Origin: Candidatus Levyibacteriota bacterium
GTDB lineage: Bacteria; Patescibacteriota; Microgenomatia; Levybacterales; UBA12049
Direction: 5' to 3'
DNA length: 64,000 bases
Assembly (NCBI GenBank): GCA_016199085.1
Contig: JACQHJ010000004.1
Location: 16,926 to 80,925 of the forward strand
Position 1 is the first letter of the stretch, and each line of letters starts with the position of its first letter. Shown here piece after piece: positions 35,709 through 45,759 of this stretch. The notes beneath the pieces are model-generated. The model saw only the letters and a list, made by a program, of their open reading frames with translations. It searched no databases and was not told where the DNA came from. Both the position numbers and the translations under genes were made by a program.

Positions 35709-36870
35709 CTTCAAAATTACCTCAAAAGATAAAAAACTAAAGGCAAGAGCGGGGATAATAAAAACACCTCATGGAGATATCGAAACGCCTTCGTTTGTTC
35801 CCGTTGGAACCCAGGCTACAGTAAAGGCAGTATCTCCCCGTGATTTAAAAGAAATGGGAGCCCAAATTGTTTTGGCAAACACTTATCATTTACATTTAAG
35901 ACCCGGGGAAAAATTAATCAAAAAGCTTGGAGGACTTTCTAAGTTTATGTCTTGGAACGGTCCGACAATGACAGATAGCGGAGGATTCCAGGTATTTTCT
36001 TTAGGAATTGGTCTTGAACACGGAGTCGGAAAACTTCTTAGGGAAGAAGAGGGGGAGGCAAGGCCAAGACTTAATAAGATAACAGAAGAGGGTGTTACTT
36101 TCCAGTCCCATATAGACGGTTCAAAACAGTTTTTGTCTCCCGAAATTTCAATACAGATTCAAGAAGATCTGGGAGCAGATTTAATAATTGCCTTTGACGA
36201 TTTAGAGTCTCCAAAGTATAACCACGAAGAAACAGAAAAGTCGCTTCTATTAACAGAAAACTGGTTAGTTAGAAGTATTAAAGCACATAGAAGAAAAAAC
36301 CAATTACTTTATGGGGTAACTCACGGAGGAGAGTTTAAAGATTTAAGGATAAAAAGCGCAAAATTTAACGATAAATATTTTGACGCAATTGCATTGGGTG
36401 GAGCACATAAAACAAAGACGAGTATGTATAAAATCATTGACTGGATAACTGACAATATAGATCCCCAAAAAACTACCCACATGCTTGGAATTGGTGAAGT
36501 TGATGATATCTTTGAGATTATAGAAAGAGGAATTGATACTTTTGATTGCGTAATTCCAACCAGAATTGGAAGAACCGGCTTTTTCTTTATTTCACCATCC
36601 TTTGGAAACACAAAAAACAGATTTAGAACCGATATTGACAAACCCCAGTTTGAAGGTGACCCAAAACCACTTGATCAAAACTGTACCTGCACTACTTGCC
36701 AAAATTTCTCAAGAGCCTATATTCACCATTTATTTAGGAGTAGGGAGTTATTATCATATAGCCTCTTAAGTACGCATAATGTCCATTTTCTTGTTAACCT
36801 TACAAGACAAATTAGGGAAGCAATATTGGATGACAGATTTCTAAGCTTCAAAAGCAAGTGGATTAGATAA
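35695..36870 (+). CDS. tgt: queuine tRNA-ribosyltransferase (tRNA-guanine transglycosylase)
   Basis: TPHGDIETPSFVPVGT, DSGGFQ, and the zinc site CTCTTCQNF..H. Confidence 0.85.
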   Translation: MTQISFKITSKDKKLKARAGIIKTPHGDIETPSFVPVGTQATVKAVSPRDLKEMGAQIVLANTYHLHLRPGEKLIKKLGGLSKFMSWNGPTMTDSGGFQVFSLGIGLEHGVGKLLREEEGEARPRLNKITEEGVTFQSHIDGSKQFLSPEISIQIQEDLGADLIIAFDDLESPKYNHEETEKSLLLTENWLVRSIKAHRRKNQLLYGVTHGGEFKDLRIKSAKFNDKYFDAIALGGAHKTKTSMYKIIDWITDNIDPQKTTHMLGIGEVDDIFEIIERGIDTFDCVIPTRIGRTGFFFISPSFGNTKNRFRTDIDKPQFEGDPKPLDQNCTCTTCQNFSRAYIHHLFRSRELLSYSLLSTHNVHFLVNLTRQIREAILDDRFLSFKSKWIR

Positions 36871-36914
36871 GCCCCATACTTGACAAAAACACAAGATATC
36901 AGTATACTAGTACA

Positions 36915-37181
36915 ATGATATTTGGTAGAGATACAAATAAAGAATTAAGTCAACTGTTGGAAACTCTTTTGAAAATTAATTCTAAAGAGGAAATGCAGGA
37001 TTTTTTGGAAGGCATACTAACCCCAAAAGAGTTATTAGAAATCCCAAATAGACTGCAAATAATAAAAATGCTTAAAAGCGGTGTATCTCAACATGAAGTT
37101 GCAGGAAAACTAAAAGTTGGCATTGCAACCGTAACGAGAGGATCGAAAGAATTGCAAAAAGGGAGATTTAAAAATGTATAA
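36915..37181 (+). CDS. TrpR-like / YerC-YecD family DNA-binding protein
   Basis: An ~88-aa all-helical protein with LETLLKINSKEEMQDFLEGILTPKELLEI..RLQIIKMLKSG.SQHEVAGKLKVGIATVTRGSKEL, typical of the YerC/YecD family. Confidence 0.6.
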   Translation: MIFGRDTNKELSQLLETLLKINSKEEMQDFLEGILTPKELLEIPNRLQIIKMLKSGVSQHEVAGKLKVGIATVTRGSKELQKGRFKNV

Positions 37182-37278
37182 AAAATATTTTACTGAAAAC
37201 TGTATTTGGCAGGCCTCTTTTGGAGGCTTGTCTTCATATGGAATAAGATAAATTAAACTGTTTTCCATCGGAATACAA

Positions 37279-37301
37279 ACCTCCAATAATGGAGGTTTTT
37301 T
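37279..37301 (+). terminator. rho-independent terminator
   Basis: ACCTCC-aataat-GGAGGT followed by TTTTT. A second hairpin, ggcctc..gaggc, lies at 37214-37232. Confidence 0.5.
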
Positions 37302-37320
37302 AGTGGAAAGGAGGTGAAAT

Positions 37321-38268
37321 ATGTTAGAAACAATCACAAGATCAAACGCAGAAATAGCAAGACACGTGGAAGTTCCAAGTTCTTGTCCTTTTGTTATTGT
37401 TGCAGTAGCTCCCTGTAGAAGCGGTACGACAGCACAGTTAAGAGTGTTTGCCGAGGCGGGAGCACAGGCTCATTACCAGCCTTTTAAAGCAATTCTTAGA
37501 GAAATGGAACAAGGAAGAGACTTGGACTTTAGAATCCCGGAAGGAGATGATCAAACGATTTTTATTAAAGAAACAGTCGGGCCTTATAATAAGCCTCAAT
37601 CGACACTTGATCCAATTGCTATTTTACTTGAAGCAGGATTTCCGATTGAAAAAGTCAGATTAATTCCGATGCTTCGTCAACCCTTGGCAACTTTTTCGTC
37701 ATGGATTAAAGTCAATGATGCAGTCAGGAAATACTTTAATGGCGCAATCCCCGTTGAAGATTTATTAGAAAATCTAATAACCTCATATAAAACAGTGGAT
37801 GAGATTAGGCAAAGGGCAATTAATGCCGGTATTCCTACGACTACATTCGTTCAGGAGGCTTTAAGGGATAATAGCCCAAGACAGGTGGTTCAATCACTGC
37901 TTACTGCCTCTGGCCTAAGATTTAGTCCCACATCCGTAAAAGGCTGGAGAAATCTTGTTCCGATGGGAGAGCCGGGGTCAAATATAGTATTTCATCCAAT
38001 AGGCACTGAGCCAAAAAAAGATGAGGGATCTCAGGTTATTCATCAGATACTTTTGCATAGCGATGGTTTGCAATATATATCAAAAGAAGATAGGGAGATT
38101 GATGTCTTAACCGCCGAGCAGGCAGGACAATTGGCCAATGCAGGTTTATATGAGCATTATGAGAAGTTTAGGAAAGCAGCTCAGGCAGACTTGGGTGTTG
38201 GTATTTGCCAATCAACGGAATATCAAGGATTTATGAGACGAAAATCCCAAGCGTTAAAGGGAGGATAA
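37321..38268 (+). CDS. sulfotransferase-like P-loop protein (hypothetical)
   Basis: VIVAVAPCRSGTTAQL resembles the 5'-PSB PAPS-binding loop (P.RSGTT.L) of bacterial sulfotransferases. It has a strong SD (GGAAAGGAGGTGAAATATG), elevated GC (~42% versus ~35% locally), and a hairpin spanning the stop codon (aaagGGAGG-ataag-CCTCCcttt). Confidence 0.45.
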   Translation: MLETITRSNAEIARHVEVPSSCPFVIVAVAPCRSGTTAQLRVFAEAGAQAHYQPFKAILREMEQGRDLDFRIPEGDDQTIFIKETVGPYNKPQSTLDPIAILLEAGFPIEKVRLIPMLRQPLATFSSWIKVNDAVRKYFNGAIPVEDLLENLITSYKTVDEIRQRAINAGIPTTTFVQEALRDNSPRQVVQSLLTASGLRFSPTSVKGWRNLVPMGEPGSNIVFHPIGTEPKKDEGSQVIHQILLHSDGLQYISKEDREIDVLTAEQAGQLANAGLYEHYEKFRKAAQADLGVGICQSTEYQGFMRRKSQALKGG

Positions 38269-38325
38269 GCCTCCCTTTAACTGCCTCTGTTTGACAATTA
38301 AATGGTTGTGTATAATAAAAGCATT

Positions 38326-39300
38326 ATGAAAACAGTTTTATCCGGTATTCAGCCTTCGGGCAATTTCCATATAGGAAATCTCTACGGGGCAATTAATCAG
38401 TGGGTACGTATGCAAAATGAATACGATATCATTGCTATGGTTGCGGACTTACATGCAATTACAATACCGCAGGATCCAAAAAAATTACAGGAAAAAATAA
38501 AAGAGGTAGTAGCTTTAAATCTGGCTGCGGGAATTGACCCTAACAAGTCTCATATTTTTATACAAAGTGAAAATCCTGATCATACATATCTTGCGTGGAT
38601 TCTAAATACCATTACATCTTTTGGGCAGCTTGAAAGAATGACTCAGTTTAAAGAAAAAAGCCAAAAGCATGAGGAAAACGTAGGCCTTTTTGATTATCCA
38701 GTTCTTATGGCTGCCGACATTTTGCTTTACCAAACAGACGAAGTACCTGTTGGAGAAGACCAAAAACAACATTTAGAGCTAGCAAGAGACCTTGCGGAAA
38801 AATTTAACTCACGTTTTGGAGAAGTTTTCAAAATCCCTGCTGCTTACATAGTTAACGAAACTGCAAGGATAATGAGTCTACAAAACCCAGAAATGAAAAT
38901 GAGTAAATCAGATAGTAATCCACTTGGTGCAATCAATTTGTTAGACAGCGAAGAAGAAATCAGGGGAAAAATTAAAAAAGCGGTAACAGATTCCAGCTCA
39001 AGTATTTCAAGGAATGCTGGTTCTGCAGCAATCTCAAACTTACTTACAATATACGCTTCATTTAATAATCAAACCTTAGACCAAGTTTATTCAGAGCTAG
39101 AAGGGAAATCATACGGTGAGTTTAAGAATCTTTTAGCAGACGTTGTTGTCAAAAAACTTTTGGAGATACAAAAAAGATATCAAGAGATAAGAGAGGATGA
39201 ACAAGCTTTGCGAAAAATTCTAGATCAAGGAAGAGATTACGCAATCTCCAAATCTTCTCAAACACTTTTAGAGGTAAAAGAAAAAGTCGGACTAGTCTAA
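38326..39300 (+). CDS. trpS: tryptophan--tRNA ligase
   Basis: HIGN motif (PSGNFHIGN) and KMSKS; ~324 aa. The promoter is TTGACA (38291) ... TATAAT (38312). Confidence 0.9.
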   Translation: MKTVLSGIQPSGNFHIGNLYGAINQWVRMQNEYDIIAMVADLHAITIPQDPKKLQEKIKEVVALNLAAGIDPNKSHIFIQSENPDHTYLAWILNTITSFGQLERMTQFKEKSQKHEENVGLFDYPVLMAADILLYQTDEVPVGEDQKQHLELARDLAEKFNSRFGEVFKIPAAYIVNETARIMSLQNPEMKMSKSDSNPLGAINLLDSEEEIRGKIKKAVTDSSSSISRNAGSAAISNLLTIYASFNNQTLDQVYSELEGKSYGEFKNLLADVVVKKLLEIQKRYQEIREDEQALRKILDQGRDYAISKSSQTLLEVKEKVGLV

Positions 39301-39357
39301 ATTTGCCGCCGTTACATATAGAAATATAGCTTCGATTGTGTTATAATTTTCAAACTT

Positions 39358-42300
39358 ATGGCAGGTATTAAAAGACCCAAAAAATTAAGACAGGTGAAGC
39401 TAAAAATGAAACTTTCGTGGAAAAACGTAATTATCTATGTTTTTCTGATTCTTTTTACGGCTTTTTTGTTTTTCGGCGTAAGTTCTCCAAACAGTAATAA
39501 TTCGCTTTCCGGAGAAACAGTTAAAACAGTTCCTCTCTCTCAACTTATCTCAGACGTTAAAGCAAACAAAGTATCGTCTCTTGATGTTTACCCAAATAAG
39601 ATTGTAGCAACGACAAAGAGCGGAAAACTTGAAAGCTTTAAAGAAACTGATGCAAGCGTTTACCAATTATTCAGTGACGCCAAAGTTGATATAGGAAAAA
39701 CAAAGGTTGTAATAAAAGACGATACGGCATTAAACAACTGGGTTGGAATCTTAACAGGAGTTTTGCCAATTGTCTTAATGGTTGCATTTTTCTGGTTTAT
39801 ATTTAGGCAAGCAAGGGGAGCGCAGGAAAATATCTTTTCTTTTGGAAAATCTGGCGCAAAACTATTTTCAAAAGACACCCCGAAAACCACTTTTGCAGAC
39901 GTAGCAGGAGTTGACGAAGCAAAACAGGAATTAACTGAAATAGTAGATTTTCTCAAAAATCCGGGCAAATACAAGGCAATGGGAGCAAGAACTCCAAAAG
40001 GAGTTTTAATGATTGGCCCAAGCGGAACAGGAAAAACACTTTTGGCGAAGGCAATGGCCGGAGAAGCTGGAGTCGCCTTCTTTTCTATAGCAGGATCTGA
40101 GTTTATGGAAATGCTGGTGGGTGTTGGTGCTTCTGTAACGGGTGATACACCAATTCTTATAAAACAAAATGAGACAACAAAACTTTTGCCAATTGGTGAA
40201 TTTGTTGACAATTTCTATAAAACAGACAAAGAGGGAATTGTGTCGGTTGACGGCGTTTCTACCTTGGGTTTTGACTCAAACGAAGACAGGAAGACTTCTG
40301 GAAAAAGTTTTTATGGATACAAAAACGGAAAAATGCAAACAATTAGTGGTTCTTCTTTTAAGAAAGTTACATCTGTTTTTAGACATAAAGTTGACGAAAT
40401 ATACGAGATTTATTATTTAGGGGGAGTGATAAAAGCAACCGCAGATCACTCTGTTTTTATAAGAAGATACGGAAGAATAATGGCGATAGAAACAAAAGAC
40501 ATGAAAAAAGGAGATATACTGGTTGAACTTCCTCTTAATATTCGTCTTCCATATCTAAAAGGTACAAAACAAAGACACAAAATTATTGCTCATAGTTTTC
40601 CAAAAGAACAATCAATAACTCTTGATGTCTGGAATGATGACGAAGGTTTAGTTGAAAAATATGCTTATGTAATGTCTCAAAAAGGACTTATGAATCAATA
40701 TGTCCTTGGTCAAGAAGTTGGCTTTTCCCAGGCAACTGTTGGCAATTGGCAAAATAATGTTCATATCCCAAGACTTTTAAGTAAAAAACGTGTAAAACTT
40801 AAACTTCCTGACAAAGTAACAGTGACACCAGAGCTTATGAAGCTTTTTGGATACTATACTGCAGAAGGAAGAGGAACAGGAAAGCTTGAATATGTATTCG
40901 GTATTCATGAGAAACTACTACACGAGGATGTTTTTGATTTAATGCAAAAAGTATTCGGAGTAAGTCCAGCTTTAGAGAAGACAATTGATAACGCTCTTAG
41001 GATAAAATATTACTCAGCACATTTAGGAAGATTTTTTGCAAGACATTGCGGAAACGGAAGTCATAATAAACACGTACCCGATTTTATCTGGGATTTGCCA
41101 AAGGAATATTTCCTTGCCTTTCTTGAAGGGTATTGGAGGGGGGATGGATATATCACAAAAGATAGAAAACTTTGTATTAGCTCTGTCTCCAAACAGTTAA
41201 TTTTAGAACTTTCATGGCTTTGCAGCATGCATGGAATGAAAGTGGGGATAAAACAAGATGAGTTGAGAAAAGGACGTGTTATTAAAAATAAAAATAAACC
41301 TCTTCCGGGCGGTTTATATTGGACTTTAATTATTGGAAAAACTACACACCCCATTACTGATTCAACTGTCCAAAGCCCATTCCAGTTTAAAAGAGCTATT
41401 GTTCAAAAAATTGTAAAAAGAAAATATGACGGATTTGTTTATGATCTTTGCGGAGTTGATAATGAAGCATTCTTTGGAGGAGAAAAACCGGTACTTCTGC
41501 ATAACTCAAGGGTAAGGGATTTATTTAACAACGCCAAAAAAGCCCAACCCGCAATTATTTTCATAGATGAAATTGACGCCATTGGAAGACAACGTGGAGC
41601 CGGATTTATGGGAGGACACGATGAAAGAGAACAGACGTTAAATCAGATTTTGGTTGAAATGGACGGTTTTACTCCTAATGAGCAACTGGTGGTAGCGGCG
41701 GCGACTAACAGGCCTGACGTTTTAGACCCTGCTCTTATCAGACCTGGAAGATTTGATAGAAGAGTAGCTTTGGAGCTTCCCGATGTCAAGGGAAGAGAGG
41801 CAATACTTAAAATACACGCAAGAGGAAAGCCTTTTGCAAAAGACGTAGCTTGGGAAAAAACCGCCAAAAGAACGGTAGGATTTAGCGGAGCCGATCTTGA
41901 AAACATGCTCAATGAAGCGGCAATTCTGGCTGCCCGTCTTGGTAAGAAAACAATTGATCCAGCCGACCTTGAAGAAGCAGCCACCAAAGTAAAATTGGGG
42001 CCTGAGAAAAAAAGACTTCAGTCGGAAATGGATAGGAAAATGACAGCCTATCACGAAGCAGGACACGCTCTTGTTTCTTGGTTTATGCCAAACATGGATC
42101 CAATTCATCGAATCTCAATAGTATCCCGTGGAATGAGCCTAGGTCACACAATGATGGAGCCAATAGACAGAGTTCATGAAACAAAGACTCATCTAATAGA
42201 GGAAATTGCGGTCATGCTTGGGGGAAGAGCGGCTGAAAGCCTTGTTTTTAATGAATTTACAACAGGCGCATCAGATGACATTGCCAAAGCAACGGAGGTT

Positions 42301-42603
42301 GCAAGAACAATGGTTGTGGAATACGGCATGAGTGAGCTGGGTCCTATAAATTTAAACGGTGAAGACAGAAGAATGCCTTATGAGACTCCAAATATTTCTC
42401 CGGATATGGCGGCAAAAATAGATGCTCAGGTTAAAAGGCTAACAGATGAAGGATATGCAGCAGCCTTGTCTGTTCTAAAAAAGCTTAGAAAAAAGCTCGA
42501 TGTACTTGCAAAGGAGCTTTTGAAAAAAGAAACCCTGGAATCTGAAGAATTTGAAAAACTGATAGGTACAAAAAAACCCGCTTTGGCCAAAGTTTTAGCC
42601 TAA
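39358..42603 (+). CDS. ftsH: ATP-dependent zinc metalloprotease FtsH, interrupted by an intein in the AAA+ domain
   Basis: Walker A GPSGTGKT, the SRH region, the zinc-binding motif HEAGHAL, and an N-terminal TM pair. The exteins total ~623 aa. Confidence 0.85.
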   Translation: MAGIKRPKKLRQVKLKMKLSWKNVIIYVFLILFTAFLFFGVSSPNSNNSLSGETVKTVPLSQLISDVKANKVSSLDVYPNKIVATTKSGKLESFKETDASVYQLFSDAKVDIGKTKVVIKDDTALNNWVGILTGVLPIVLMVAFFWFIFRQARGAQENIFSFGKSGAKLFSKDTPKTTFADVAGVDEAKQELTEIVDFLKNPGKYKAMGARTPKGVLMIGPSGTGKTLLAKAMAGEAGVAFFSIAGSEFMEMLVGVGASVTGDTPILIKQNETTKLLPIGEFVDNFYKTDKEGIVSVDGVSTLGFDSNEDRKTSGKSFYGYKNGKMQTISGSSFKKVTSVFRHKVDEIYEIYYLGGVIKATADHSVFIRRYGRIMAIETKDMKKGDILVELPLNIRLPYLKGTKQRHKIIAHSFPKEQSITLDVWNDDEGLVEKYAYVMSQKGLMNQYVLGQEVGFSQATVGNWQNNVHIPRLLSKKRVKLKLPDKVTVTPELMKLFGYYTAEGRGTGKLEYVFGIHEKLLHEDVFDLMQKVFGVSPALEKTIDNALRIKYYSAHLGRFFARHCGNGSHNKHVPDFIWDLPKEYFLAFLEGYWRGDGYITKDRKLCISSVSKQLILELSWLCSMHGMKVGIKQDELRKGRVIKNKNKPLPGGLYWTLIIGKTTHPITDSTVQSPFQFKRAIVQKIVKRKYDGFVYDLCGVDNEAFFGGEKPVLLHNSRVRDLFNNAKKAQPAIIFIDEIDAIGRQRGAGFMGGHDEREQTLNQILVEMDGFTPNEQLVVAAATNRPDVLDPALIRPGRFDRRVALELPDVKGREAILKIHARGKPFAKDVAWEKTAKRTVGFSGADLENMLNEAAILAARLGKKTIDPADLEEAATKVKLGPEKKRLQSEMDRKMTAYHEAGHALVSWFMPNMDPIHRISIVSRGMSLGHTMMEPIDRVHETKTHLIEEIAVMLGGRAAESLVFNEFTTGASDDIAKATEVARTMVVEYGMSELGPINLNGEDRRMPYETPNISPDMAAKIDAQVKRLTDEGYAAALSVLKKLRKKLDVLAKELLKKETLESEEFEKLIGTKKPALAKVLA
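40132..41505 (+). mobile_element. intein in FtsH (458 aa) with LAGLIDADG homing-endonuclease and HTH insert
   Basis: The host sequence ..EMLVGVGA-[[11 protein letters not shown] ... EKPVLLHN]-SRVRDLF reconstitutes the conserved FtsH VGVGASRVRDLF. Block B is TADH, and LAGLIDADG-like blocks are [13 protein letters not shown] and [13 protein letters not shown]. It has a Ser1 nucleophile and Ser at +1. Confidence 0.75.
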
Positions 42604-42646
42604 GTACTTATTGACAAAATAAGCCTAAAAGGTAAATAATCAGATT

Positions 42647-43279
42647 ATGGCCGAGGAAAAGAAAACTCATAAACATTTTTCAAAGGGCGAAGCAATAAGC
42701 TTTGGATTTGAAAAAGCAAAACAACACCTCTTTTTCTTTATAGTTTTATTCCTTATCTGGATAGTTGTAAGCGCTTTATATGGAGGACTAAACGTTCTTT
42801 TCCTTACTCAAGTAGGATCGGAAGGATCTTTTTTAACAAGTCTTATTAACTGGATTTTCTCTTCAATTCTTACCCTTGGTATGATTAGTATTGCCTTAAA
42901 GATAGTAGAAAACAAAAAACCGGAGTATAAAGACCTTTTCTTTCTAGACTGGAAGCTTTTGTTTGTCTATATAATTTCAAACTTGGCAAGAGGCCTGGCG
43001 ATAGTCATTGGTCTTATTCTTTTTATTATCCCAGGCATTATTATTGCGATAAAGCTTCAGTTTCTTGAATACTTAATAGTTGATAAAAAGATGGGATTTG
43101 AAGCTTTTAATAAGTCATGGGAGATGACAAAGGGGGTTAAATGGAATCTGTTTGTCTTTGGAATATTACTTGTGCTTATTAATCTTCTTGGAATATTAGC
43201 CTTATTTGTAGGTCTTTTTGTCACCCTTCCGCTTTCCTTGATAGCCACAGCCTACGTTTATAGAAAACTCGTTGCCTAA
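42647..43279 (+). CDS. polytopic membrane protein of unknown function
   Basis: Four or five TM helices and an ATG start. Confidence 0.5.
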   Translation: MAEEKKTHKHFSKGEAISFGFEKAKQHLFFFIVLFLIWIVVSALYGGLNVLFLTQVGSEGSFLTSLINWIFSSILTLGMISIALKIVENKKPEYKDLFFLDWKLLFVYIISNLARGLAIVIGLILFIIPGIIIAIKLQFLEYLIVDKKMGFEAFNKSWEMTKGVKWNLFVFGILLVLINLLGILALFVGLFVTLPLSLIATAYVYRKLVA

Positions 43280-43312
43280 GTTTAAACCTCAATCTTTTGA
43301 TATAATCTTTAC

Positions 43313-44248
43313 ATGCAAAAACTCGTTGTTATTGACGGAAACGCTATTCTTCACAGAGCCTATCATGCATTGCCTTTTTTAAATACCAAAGACGGAAATC
43401 CAACTAACGCTGTCTATGGGTTTTTCACCATGCTTTTAAAAGTCATGGTAGATCTAAAGCCAGAATATTTGATCGTCTGTTTTGATAGAAAAGCACCTAC
43501 TTTTAGAAAGCAAATGTATGTTGGATATCAAGCCAAAAGGCCATCCATTTCTGATGACTTTGTTCCTCAAATAGATAGAGTTCATAAAGCCTTGGATAGC
43601 GCAAAAATAAAGCATTTCGGAATAGACGGCTATGAGGCAGATGATCTTATAGGAACCATTTCAAAGCAAGCAGTAAAACAAAACTTGGAAGTAATAATTT
43701 TGTCAGGAGATAGAGATTTATTACAGCTTGTAAATTCCCATGTACTTATGCTTTCGCCAATTGTCGGTATTTCCAATATGGCTTTGTTTGACGAAAATAA
43801 AGTAAAGGAAAAATACGGACTTACTCCTGATCAAATAATTGATTACAAAGCATTGGTAGGGGATAATTCTGATAACTATCCTGGAGTTGGCGGAATCGGT
43901 TCAAAGACTGCTTCAGACCTGCTTAAAAAATATGAAACACTGGAAAATCTTTATACTCACCTTGGCGAACTTACTCCTCAATTACAGGAGAAATTGGCGC
44001 AAGACGCAGAGCAGGCAGCTATGGCTAAAAAGCTGGCTACGATCATTACAGACGCTCCATTGCAGTTTGATAAAGACGAAGCGCTATTGTCTAAAATGAA
44101 TATAGAAGGACTTAGAGAAGAGTTTAAAAAGCTTGGTTTTAATAGTATCCAAAAAAGGCTAGATCTGTTAACCCCAAAACCTTTAAAAAAAGAAAAAACC
44201 GAATCTAAAAAGGACAAAAAAGATGATTCTCAAATGAGCTTATTATGA
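43313..44248 (+). CDS. 5'-3' exonuclease (Pol I N-terminal domain-like, FEN family)
   Basis: LVVIDGNAILHRAYHAL, and the acidic metal-site residues DRD and GDNSDN. Confidence 0.8.
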   Translation: MQKLVVIDGNAILHRAYHALPFLNTKDGNPTNAVYGFFTMLLKVMVDLKPEYLIVCFDRKAPTFRKQMYVGYQAKRPSISDDFVPQIDRVHKALDSAKIKHFGIDGYEADDLIGTISKQAVKQNLEVIILSGDRDLLQLVNSHVLMLSPIVGISNMALFDENKVKEKYGLTPDQIIDYKALVGDNSDNYPGVGGIGSKTASDLLKKYETLENLYTHLGELTPQLQEKLAQDAEQAAMAKKLATIITDAPLQFDKDEALLSKMNIEGLREEFKKLGFNSIQKRLDLLTPKPLKKEKTESKKDKKDDSQMSLL

Positions 44249-45345
44249 AAGTAGCCATAGTCCATGACTATATTAAAGAATTTGGCGGAGCAGAAAGGGT
44301 TTTAAGAGCGCTTTGTGATATTTTCCCTGAGGCTCCCATTTATACAGCCTCTGTAGATAAAAGTTCGTCAGCACTAAATCATTTTAAGGATAGAAAAATA
44401 ATAACTAGTTGGTTTAATTTACTCCCATTTGCCTCAAAACTTGTCAGTCCTTTGAGATTTCTAACCCCCCTTATCTGGGGCAGTTTTAACTTTAAAGATT
44501 ATGATGTAGTTATATCATCTGCAAGCTGGTTTACAACCAAAGGTTTTAAAAAGCAAAATGATAAGTTTATCGAAATCTGTTATTGCCATACTCCTCCGAG
44601 ATGGTTATATGGCTATACGACTTCAGTTAATTTCCAAAAATATGGGCTGATTAAAGCCTATGCTGCGATTGTTGGCCATTTTTTAAGAGTCTATGATTTC
44701 AAACAAGCTCAAAAAGTTGATTTTTTTATTGCCAATTCAAAAGAAGTCGCAGGAAGAATTAAGAAATTTTACAGAAGAGATTCTACTGTTATTTATCCTC
44801 CTGTTTCTCTTCCAAAAGTAGGAGAAGTTAAAAAGGAAAACTTTTATTTTATAGTTTCAAGAATTGTCGGAGCAAAGGGACTGGATATGGCCGTAGAAGC
44901 CGCTGTAAGACAAGGATTTAGTCTTAAAATTGCAGGTGCTCCAGCAGGGTACTATTTTGAATACAATAAGCTTTTAGAAAAAGCCAAAGGCAAGGTAGAA
45001 TTCTTGGGCCAGATATCAGACGAAGAACTTGCAAGGCTATATAAAAGCGCAAAGGCATTTTTGGCTTTATCTAAAGATGAAGATTTTGGAATAACTCCGG
45101 TTGAAGCAATGCTATCTGGTACGCCAGTTATTGCCTTTAACGGAGGAGGATATAAGGAAACAGTAATTGATGGTAAAACTGGTGTTTTATTTAACGATTA
45201 TTCAGTAGGGGGACTTATTACTGCAATCAAAAGATTTGAAAAAATGAAGCTAAAAACAGAAGACTTAGTAAAACAAGCGGATAAATTTTCTAAAGAGAGA
45301 TTTGAAAAGGAAATAAGAGAATTTATTGACTCAAAAATAAAATGA
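44245..45345 (+). CDS. glycosyltransferase family 4
   Basis: C-terminal EDFGITPVEAMLSGTPVIAFNGGGYKE, the EX7E GT4 motif. Confidence 0.8.
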   Translation: MKVAIVHDYIKEFGGAERVLRALCDIFPEAPIYTASVDKSSSALNHFKDRKIITSWFNLLPFASKLVSPLRFLTPLIWGSFNFKDYDVVISSASWFTTKGFKKQNDKFIEICYCHTPPRWLYGYTTSVNFQKYGLIKAYAAIVGHFLRVYDFKQAQKVDFFIANSKEVAGRIKKFYRRDSTVIYPPVSLPKVGEVKKENFYFIVSRIVGAKGLDMAVEAAVRQGFSLKIAGAPAGYYFEYNKLLEKAKGKVEFLGQISDEELARLYKSAKAFLALSKDEDFGITPVEAMLSGTPVIAFNGGGYKETVIDGKTGVLFNDYSVGGLITAIKRFEKMKLKTEDLVKQADKFSKERFEKEIREFIDSKIK

Positions 45346-45752
45346 AAAATAGAGTAGTTGTTACAGCCATCATTGAAAAAGACGATAAAATACTCATGGG
45401 TAAAAAGACAGGCAATGTTGGCCCATATCCCAACACATGGCATTTAATTGGTGGAGGAGTAAATCTAGGAGAAGAGTCGGCTATGGACGCTATTAAAAGA
45501 GAGATAGAAGAAGAAACTGGTTTAAAAGTAAAAGAAGTTGAAAGAGTTGGTTTTGATGAAGATTTTGAGACTGATAAACACGGAGAAATGACTCATTATA
45601 TTTTCTTGATTTATAAAACTAAAATAACAAGTAAGGTTGCTTTACCAGGAGACGATATAATTAAATTAGAATGGATTGATAAATCTAAACTTAAAGAGTT
45701 TCCTTTAACAAGGCCTTCTGCAAAATATTTTAAAGAAATAGGTTTGATATAA
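45342..45752 (+). CDS. NUDIX hydrolase
   Basis: Nudix box GGGVNLGEESAMDAIKREIEEETGL. Confidence 0.8.
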   Translation: MKNRVVVTAIIEKDDKILMGKKTGNVGPYPNTWHLIGGGVNLGEESAMDAIKREIEEETGLKVKEVERVGFDEDFETDKHGEMTHYIFLIYKTKITSKVALPGDDIIKLEWIDKSKLKEFPLTRPSAKYFKEIGLI

Positions 45753-45759
45753 TCTAAAA

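Noticed and set aside
38269-38325. Possible T-box leader upstream of trpS
   Set aside because: Only ~57 nt separate the upstream stop from the trpS ATG. That cannot hold a specifier loop and antiterminator. The hairpin there is a simple terminator.
39660-42108. Several antisense ORFs (39660-40211, 41643-41987, 41722-42108), and similar ones inside nrdJ, ligase and PBP genes
   Set aside because: They lie fully inside strongly supported genes on the opposite strand and have no start context, so they are shadow ORFs.
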